Positions 36,890 through 42,909 of a stretch of 42,909 bases of DNA are shown here, one piece after another. Where the stretch lies: contig CAZNJA010000006.1 of the NCBI GenBank assembly GCA_964573245.1, positions 1 through 42,909 on the forward strand, given 5' to 3'. A program made the position numbers and the translations under genes. The notes beneath the pieces are model-generated. The model was given only the letters and a program-made list of their open reading frames with translations. It made no database searches and was not told where the DNA came from. How positions within the stretch are numbered: position 1 is the first letter of the stretch; every line of letters begins with the position of its first letter. This DNA is from an uncultured bacterium (GTDB taxonomy: Bacteria; CAIJMQ01).

Positions 36890-38755
36890 CTATTCAAACT
36901 TTACTATTCTGGCGCTATTTAAAATAACCGCAAGTGAGCCAACCTCATGATAAAGGGCAGCTATGATCGGATTGACTATGCCCATTCCCGCGAGAGTCAT
37001 TCCAACAAGAACGAATGTTCCTCCCAATGCTATATTTTGATAAATTATACGGTGTGCAAGACGCGATAGGGAAAGGAAAAATGGGACCCTTCTTAAATCA
37101 TTAGACATCAAAGCAATTGAAGCACTATTAATTGCCACATCACTGCCCATGGCGCCCATTGCTATGCCTATATCTCCTGCTGCAAGAGCCGGAGCATCGT
37201 TAATCCCGTCTCCTATCACAATCACGCGATATCCTTTCTTTTGCAGGCTTTCCACGATTTCAAGTTTTGTTTCCGGCAGGCACTCGGCGACAACTTCTTC
37301 GAATCCGGATTCTTTTGCTATTCTTTCTGCAACTTCTTTTTTATCGCCTGTAAGCATTACGAGTTTTTTTATCCCGATTCTTCTTAATTGTTCGGTTGTT
37401 TCCTTTGCTTCAACCCGTGTTTGATCTGCTACTTGAATCCAGCCGTAATATTTTCCGTCCATAGCTATATGAAGTATGCTTCCCGAATCTTTTTCTTGGT
37501 CGGATATTCCTATTTTATTCTCCCTCAAAAAGGACTCTCTGCCTACTACAATTGTTTTCCCGTCTACAGTGCCTTTTACTCCCTTGCCACCTGTTTCTTT
37601 GAATTCCCCGGGTTCTGTCAGTTTTATATTTGCTTTTGCAGCAAGTTCTCTTATGGCTCTTGCAACAGGATGTAGAGAGTGTTTTTCCAATGTTGCCGCA
37701 TAATAAATCAGTTTGTCGGGAGTGATTTCACGCGTAGGATGAATAGATGTGACTCTTAATTCTCCCGTTGTCAATGTCCCTGTTTTATCGAAGACTACAG
37801 CATTTATTTCTGCCGTGGTTTCAATCTTTTTAGCTTCTTTTATCATTACTCCTTTTCGCGCTGCTACGGAAAGGACGGCTATGATAGCTGTGGGAGTTGC
37901 CAAAAGAAGCGCGCAGGGAACACCTACAATAATGGAAGAAATAGACCTTGAAGCGTCTCTTGTAAAGAAAAGGATTAAAGCCGAAATCATGAGTACAACA
38001 GGAATATACCAGTAAATATGTTTTTCTATCAGTGACATAATAGGAATGCGTGTTTTTTCTGCTTCTAATATCAACTGTTTTACTTTTCCGAGTGTTGTGT
38101 CTTCTCCTATTTTTTCCACTTCCGCCAGTATTACACCCGTTATATTGTTTGTTCCTTCGAATACGCGGTCGCCTTTTTTCCTATCGACCGGGAAGGATTC
38201 TCCTGTAATAGATGCTTCGTTAACAGATGTGTCTCCTTGAACTATTATAGAATCTGCGGGAATATTTTCTCCGGGCTTGATTCGTATTATATCTTCAGTT
38301 TTAAGTTCTTTTACCAAGACATCATTTTCTTCTTTGTCTTTCACAAGATGAGCCACAGGAGGAGTGAGCTTTAAGAGCGATTCTATCGCCTCTTGCGCGC
38401 CGAGCGCCGTTCTGTGCTCCAAAAGTTCTCCCAAAACAAGTATGAAAGCGACCACGCCTGCGGTTAGATAGTCTCCCAAAGCTATACATGCAAGAACTGC
38501 TATGCTTGCCAACTCGGTTAGCCTAAGCCCCCCAGTAAAAAATCCCCGGAATGATTTTATTATCATTGGAAGGCCCAACAGCAATGCGCCTGCCAAAGCG
38601 CTGAGTTCACTTATAGAAGGAGACCCAGGGAAAAGGTGTTTTGCTATAAAAGCATTAAAAATCAAAATTCCGCCTGTAAGAGTAATTAAAAGTCCTCGCA
38701 CCAAGTGATGTTCTTCTTCATGTGTGTGGACCGGGTGGTAAAGTTCGGCTTGCAT
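36890..38755 (-). CDS. P1B-type heavy-metal-translocating ATPase
   Basis: TGES, DKTGTLT, HP, MLTGD and GDGINDAPAL motifs; TM motif GVPC; late TM HEVGS; His-rich N-terminus. Start revised to 38755 (TAATG overlap). Confidence 0.95.
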   Translation of the reverse strand: MQAELYHPVHTHEEEHHLVRGLLITLTGGILIFNAFIAKHLFPGSPSISELSALAGALLLGLPMIIKSFRGFFTGGLRLTELASIAVLACIALGDYLTAGVVAFILVLGELLEHRTALGAQEAIESLLKLTPPVAHLVKDKEENDVLVKELKTEDIIRIKPGENIPADSIIVQGDTSVNEASITGESFPVDRKKGDRVFEGTNNITGVILAEVEKIGEDTTLGKVKQLILEAEKTRIPIMSLIEKHIYWYIPVVLMISALILFFTRDASRSISSIIVGVPCALLLATPTAIIAVLSVAARKGVMIKEAKKIETTAEINAVVFDKTGTLTTGELRVTSIHPTREITPDKLIYYAATLEKHSLHPVARAIRELAAKANIKLTEPGEFKETGGKGVKGTVDGKTIVVGRESFLRENKIGISDQEKDSGSILHIAMDGKYYGWIQVADQTRVEAKETTEQLRRIGIKKLVMLTGDKKEVAERIAKESGFEEVVAECLPETKLEIVESLQKKGYRVIVIGDGINDAPALAAGDIGIAMGAMGSDVAINSASIALMSNDLRRVPFFLSLSRLAHRIIYQNIALGGTFVLVGMTLAGMGIVNPIIAALYHEVGSLAVILNSARIVKFE

Positions 38756-39816
38756 TATCGGGCTCCCTCCCATTTTGTTTCTTTGCCAAGCAATATTCTA
38801 AGTTCGTTTTCCTTTTCTTTGGCTGGCAATTGAAGAATAAATTTGTCATCCAATCCGACAAGAAGTTCTTCCATTTTCTCTTGGTAAAAATAAGAAAGGT
38901 AAGTTTTTAATTCTTCGCTGCCTTCAGGGAATTCTTGAGTCAGTTCTTGTATGTAAGTTGCGTCCGCAAGAGTTTCGCTTACAACCGTGTTTCGGTATGT
39001 TTGAGCTTCTGCCAATATTACCGAAGCGTCGCCTCTGGCGCTGTTTATTACGCGGTTTTCATAAGTTCTGGCTTCGTTTATGTAGGCGCTCCTTATTTGT
39101 TCAGCTCTTATTACTCCGTTAAAAGCTTCGACTACGCGAAGCGGAGGAGTGGGGCGTTCAAGGTGGACGGTGCTTATAGTTATTCCCGAATCTATCGAAT
39201 CCAATATTTCTTGAGATTTATAACGTGTTAAACGGCTAATTCGTTCCAACTGTGTGCGCAAAGATTCTTCGACCGAAGAATTTCCAATAGTTTCTATCAC
39301 CGCATTGGAAATGACGGATTTAATCAGCTTTTCCTCATCTTTTACTTTTGTGAGGTAGGAAATAGGTTCTGTTATATTGTAAGAAACTCGCAGACGCATA
39401 TGGATTAAATTATTATCTCCTGTAATACAATAACCGTGAAGATAAGGTATCAAGAATTCAGGTGGGGACATTTGAGGGTTGTCCAAGTCGGCGCTCCAAA
39501 ATTCTCTTATTTCCAACGATTTTACTCTCCTTACCGGGATGCGGACTATTTTGTCTATGGGTTCGGGAAAAGACCAGTGAAAGCCCGGTTGTAAAACGCG
39601 TCCATCACCCACTCCCGCAATCTTTCCCCAACGCAATATGACGGCTACCTCATCCTGTTTTACGGTAAACAATCCCGAAAAAGCAATGTAATAGAGTACG
39701 AGGCCACCTACTATTATCTTCAATGCGTTGAAACTCAAACGCAAAGCTTTCGCAAGATATTCAAAAGCAGGTTGCTGTTTTTCCCTGTTTTCCGTCGGTT
39801 TTTCTTGTTTAATCAT
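38755..39816 (-). CDS. SPFH protein, HflK-like
   Basis: TM anchor, VILRWGK, PGFHWSFPEPID, ITGDNN, PP..V.EAF..V..AEQ, INEARTYEN.V...ARGDA. Confidence 0.9.
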   Translation of the reverse strand: MIKQEKPTENREKQQPAFEYLAKALRLSFNALKIIVGGLVLYYIAFSGLFTVKQDEVAVILRWGKIAGVGDGRVLQPGFHWSFPEPIDKIVRIPVRRVKSLEIREFWSADLDNPQMSPPEFLIPYLHGYCITGDNNLIHMRLRVSYNITEPISYLTKVKDEEKLIKSVISNAVIETIGNSSVEESLRTQLERISRLTRYKSQEILDSIDSGITISTVHLERPTPPLRVVEAFNGVIRAEQIRSAYINEARTYENRVINSARGDASVILAEAQTYRNTVVSETLADATYIQELTQEFPEGSEELKTYLSYFYQEKMEELLVGLDDKFILQLPAKEKENELRILLGKETKWEGAR

Positions 39817-40721
39817 TTGTTATCTTCTTCGAAATATTTTCCCAACAACAAATCATACGGCGGTGTGCGCTGGTCTAAAATTACCGTCGCATTTTTTTCC
39901 AAAGTGGTTTTTAACGATTCCAACTTTCTTAAGAAAATCGCAAGCTCTTCGTTTTCCGAAAAAACTTTATAATATTGAGCGGCTTCTGCGTCTCCTTCTC
40001 CTTTAATCCTTTTTGCTTCGGCTTTGGCTTGAGCAAGAATCTTTTCTCTTTCTGCATCAGCCCGCGCCCTTATATCGCTTGCTATTCCTTCACCTTCGGC
40101 CAAATATGTTTCCGCGATTCTTTCTCTCTCTCTTTGCATTCTTTCGAATACGTCGCGCGTAACCTCTTGGGGGAATTGCATCCTTTTGAACACTACATCA
40201 AGCACCTCTATGCCATATATGTCTTCCGCTTCTTGGGAGCATAATTCCCGAATTTTTCCCTGAATTTCGTCCAATTTCAGTTCTGTTTCATTAGTATTTA
40301 TAAGATTGGAAAGATTGTAAGTTCCTATTATGCCCTGCTCGTAGTTCCTTACTATAGATACCAATTTCCTTTGAGCTTCATCCGTGTATCCTACGGACCT
40401 AAAGAACTTCAACGGGTCTTTGATTTTCCAGAAAGTAGCGGTGATAAGGATTATGTTTTTTCCGTCACGCGTAAAGCTTTCTTCCATTTTACTTTCGAGA
40501 ACTTGTATCTTCGCGTCGAATCTATCCACTTTTTGAATCGGTGTGGGTGCCTTCCAATATAACCCGGGTTCTTCTATTACTCGTGTGGGCTTGCCAAAGG
40601 TCGTTACTACAGCCATCTCTCCCACATGAATCTGAAAAGCAATTAAATACAATATAAGCAGAATAAATATTACCAATCCCAAAGAAAAAGTGTAAGGGTT
40701 CCAATTTCTTTCTTTTTTCAT
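39813..40721 (-). CDS. SPFH protein, HflC-like
   Basis: VVTTFGKP..VI.EPGLYWK.P, TRDGKN, VFERMQRERERIA..Y.AEG, GEGDAEAA..Y, FLRKLE. Confidence 0.92.
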   Translation of the reverse strand: MKKERNWNPYTFSLGLVIFILLILYLIAFQIHVGEMAVVTTFGKPTRVIEEPGLYWKAPTPIQKVDRFDAKIQVLESKMEESFTRDGKNIILITATFWKIKDPLKFFRSVGYTDEAQRKLVSIVRNYEQGIIGTYNLSNLINTNETELKLDEIQGKIRELCSQEAEDIYGIEVLDVVFKRMQFPQEVTRDVFERMQRERERIAETYLAEGEGIASDIRARADAEREKILAQAKAEAKRIKGEGDAEAAQYYKVFSENEELAIFLRKLESLKTTLEKNATVILDQRTPPYDLLLGKYFEEDNK

Positions 40722-40740
40722 TTTCTAACCTCCTTAGTAT

Positions 40741-40769
40741 GCCTCGATTCGCCGTTTACGGCGAGGCGG
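40741..40769. repeat. Palindrome overlapping the stop codon of the 628-aa SPFH gene
   Basis: Minus strand ccgcctcgccg-taaa-cggcgaatcgaggc; shares GCCTCGCCG with the purL insert. Confidence 0.5.
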
Positions 40770-42642
40770 AGCTTCCTTCCCCCGCCTCCAAGCCGAGAGG
40801 GAAAATATCCGGCAGAGAACCTTTTTGCATGTCCATGATGATTACGTCTCTGTCGCTGTCAGGCGAAATTACTATGTATTTTTTGGGAGAAATCAAACTG
40901 TTATCGAGAGTTTTTAGATAGTATCGGTATTTGAAAATAAGAGGATTCTCGTTATAAGCTTCAAGTTTTTTCTTGAATTCTTCTCCTCTTGCCTCGGATT
41001 CCAAAGTTCTTATGATTTTATAGGATTTGGCATCTGTTTCAATGGTAGAGGCGGTATAGTCCGCGAGGGTAAGTTCTCTATTAGAATATGCTTCCGCCTC
41101 GAGAATTTTAGCTTCCTTTTTCTCCATAGCCCCTACGACTTTTTGAAAATGGGGGGCCACCTCAAGAGGAGGATGAATACTCTCAAAACTTACCGATATT
41201 ATTTCTACGCCAAGTTCTTTTTCGTTTGCCGCTTCTTGCACTTTTTCTTTTAGTATATTTGTCAAAGGAATCCTGTTTATATGTAAAATGTCGAAAAAAT
41301 CGATGTTCATCACCATTCTTGTGAACTGGTTGTATATAATTCCCTCAAGAACTTTTTCCGGCGCCGAATGTTTATATGCGTAATCGAATAGATTGTCGGG
41401 GTTGATTTTATAATAAACCCATATTGCTCCCGATAGAAAATTTATGGGAACAGTCCCCGTTCTTTCGGCTTCAGAGATGCCTTCCCTGCTTGCGATTATC
41501 CAGAAAAACTCTTCTGCATAATGTTTTTCCGTCCACAGGACCCTTTCACCTTCTACTCCTTCTACTCCCACACGGATCTTTTTGATTCTATCGACATCAT
41601 AAATCCTTGCTTTTCCGATAGGGAACGGAAACTTAAAATGCAGTCCGGCTTTAAATGATTCCGGCTCGCCTTGTTCGCTTTTTACAGGATTACCCAAAAA
41701 TTCCATAAAAGCTCTTTCTTGGGGCCGGATTATTACGATAGAAGTAAGAATATATAATAATAATGCCCACAGCATCAATAAAGGCACTATTCTATTTTTT
41801 ACAAATTGGTAAAACCATGTTTGAGTAATGTGGAAGCCGAATTGGACATCTACTATTTCCGAAAAAGCAGGTATGACTTCTTCTGGGGTTGCCAGAAAAT
41901 AATAAATTCTGGAATCAAAGAGTGCTCGTTTTTTAGCTCCCGCTGTTTGGTAAAACGAAACCAAAATATTAAGAAGATATTCCAGCCCGACAATCATGAG
42001 CAAGAAACATAAGGCATAAAATATAAACCATTCTATTCTTGTTATCCCGAAACTCCTTAACGCGATAGATAAAGCAATAAGCAGAGTGAATAGCGCATTG
42101 ACTCCGAGATATGTCCCTATGGCGCTTAAGTCATTTAATTGTTTTTCGCGGGACATCCCGAGGATATAACGAGAAAAAACAAAAATAGCGAAGGTCAGCC
42201 CTATAAGAGGAAAACAAATCGCCAGATTTGCTTTATATACAAGTGGTTCCCCGCGAAAATAATATATTGCCCTAAAAGACGCGTAAATCAGAACAGCCGA
42301 AACTAAGAAACCCAGTATCGGCACTGCCCATTTTTCCGTTTGGCGCAGGCGGGTGCGGGATATGAGAATGGTGCTTTCATCGTCTTGGAAAATCCTCCCT
42401 TCTCTTTTAGTAAGCTCTTCAACTTCCTCTTTCTCAAGCAATTCCCTGTATCTTTGATGGAAAACAAGCAGGAGAATGGCAAATACCGGTATTCCCATTA
42501 AGATATGGAAATTTTCCAACAGAACAAGAGGAGAACCTATTCTGGTATATAAAAAGTAAAAAATGAGAGATAGAATAAATTGGAATAAAGTTGCGGCTAA
42601 AGCTGTCTGGAATCCTCTCTTGAATTTGTTTTTATCTTCCAT
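40756..42642 (-). CDS. Polytopic membrane protein fused to an HflK-like SPFH domain
   Basis: About 7 TM segments in the N-terminal 300 aa, then AGLHFKFPFPI, SIHPP.EVA..FQ.VVGA, EAEAY.N. Confidence 0.88.
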   Translation of the reverse strand: MEDKNKFKRGFQTALAATLFQFILSLIFYFLYTRIGSPLVLLENFHILMGIPVFAILLLVFHQRYRELLEKEEVEELTKREGRIFQDDESTILISRTRLRQTEKWAVPILGFLVSAVLIYASFRAIYYFRGEPLVYKANLAICFPLIGLTFAIFVFSRYILGMSREKQLNDLSAIGTYLGVNALFTLLIALSIALRSFGITRIEWFIFYALCFLLMIVGLEYLLNILVSFYQTAGAKKRALFDSRIYYFLATPEEVIPAFSEIVDVQFGFHITQTWFYQFVKNRIVPLLMLWALLLYILTSIVIIRPQERAFMEFLGNPVKSEQGEPESFKAGLHFKFPFPIGKARIYDVDRIKKIRVGVEGVEGERVLWTEKHYAEEFFWIIASREGISEAERTGTVPINFLSGAIWVYYKINPDNLFDYAYKHSAPEKVLEGIIYNQFTRMVMNIDFFDILHINRIPLTNILKEKVQEAANEKELGVEIISVSFESIHPPLEVAPHFQKVVGAMEKKEAKILEAEAYSNRELTLADYTASTIETDAKSYKIIRTLESEARGEEFKKKLEAYNENPLIFKYRYYLKTLDNSLISPKKYIVISPDSDRDVIIMDMQKGSLPDIFPLGLEAGEGSSASP

Positions 42643-42689
42643 AACGATTAATTTTTATAAAAAGTGATTTTTTATCAGAGATTTTCTAT

Positions 42690-42908
42690 TTATCTTCTTC
42701 CTGATACTTCTCTGTTTTCCAAGATACTCCACGTTAGAAAAAGCATGCCTGCGCAATACAAAAACGTATATTGTAACACATTCCAAAAATAAGCAATGGG
42801 AATAGGTTCCCTTTTTGCCCAGAACTCTTCTATCCAAAAAATCTGAAAGTTAGGTATAGTCGAATAAAGAAGTCTTACTCCTGGATTTTGGAGAAAGTTT
42901 CCTAAAAG
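42690..42908 (-). CDS. ABC transporter permease, C-terminal part (truncated by the window edge)
   Basis: Not in the ORF track. Manual translation gives ..LLYSTIPNFQIFWIEE..PIPIAYFWNVLQYTFLYCAGMLFLTWSILENREVSGRR*, a typical permease tail. Confidence 0.75.
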   Translation of the reverse strand, partial: LLGNFLQNPGVRLLYSTIPNFQIFWIEEFWAKREPIPIAYFWNVLQYTFLYCAGMLFLTWSILENREVSGRR

Positions 42909-42909
42909 C

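Noticed and set aside
38755-40721. Assigning the gene symbols hflK and hflC
   Set aside because: The proteins are HflK/C-like, but the context (third paralogue, P1B ATPase, no ftsH or hflX) suggests they are not the canonical orthologues.
42341-42360. gcaggcggg motif in the 628-aa gene
   Set aside because: Only a 9-nt match, explained by ordinary TRLR codons; no partner arm.
42655-42837. 60-aa ORF from the track
   Set aside because: Another minus-strand frame (42690-42908) encodes a recognisable permease C-terminus.

Overview
AT-rich bacterial chromosomal window from a probable diderm (lpxK present). The short NusA N-terminal domain and the SPFH/ABC cluster are suggestive of a PVC-related or Omnitrophota-like lineage; this is inference only. 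Left third: housekeeping genes (purL 5' part; nusA-infB-DUF503-rbfA-lpxK-tmk-holB-PSP1; thiC-def; pdaD-speB). Middle: MATE transporter, small accessory genes, pabB/pabC-like genes, an RRM protein, dapB, pfkA, an ECF sigma/anti-sigma/serpin/DUF4139 module with two matching ECF promoters, and xylB. Right 10 kb: a co-oriented, partly overlapping minus-strand cluster of ABC permease (partial), three SPFH/HflK/HflC-like proteins, a P1B metal ATPase with a non-canonical metal motif, an ABC ATPase, a second permease and a helical-repeat protein. Short palindromic elements sit in frame inside conserved genes: a 75-bp element with terminal inverted repeats in pabB, and a ~27-39-bp CCTGCCCG...GGCGGG family in DUF503, nusA and purL with an intergenic copy. 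Several intergenic spacers carry 7-mer arrays. No rRNA, tRNA, CRISPR array or transposase was recognised. All protein family calls come from motif recognition by eye, not database searches.
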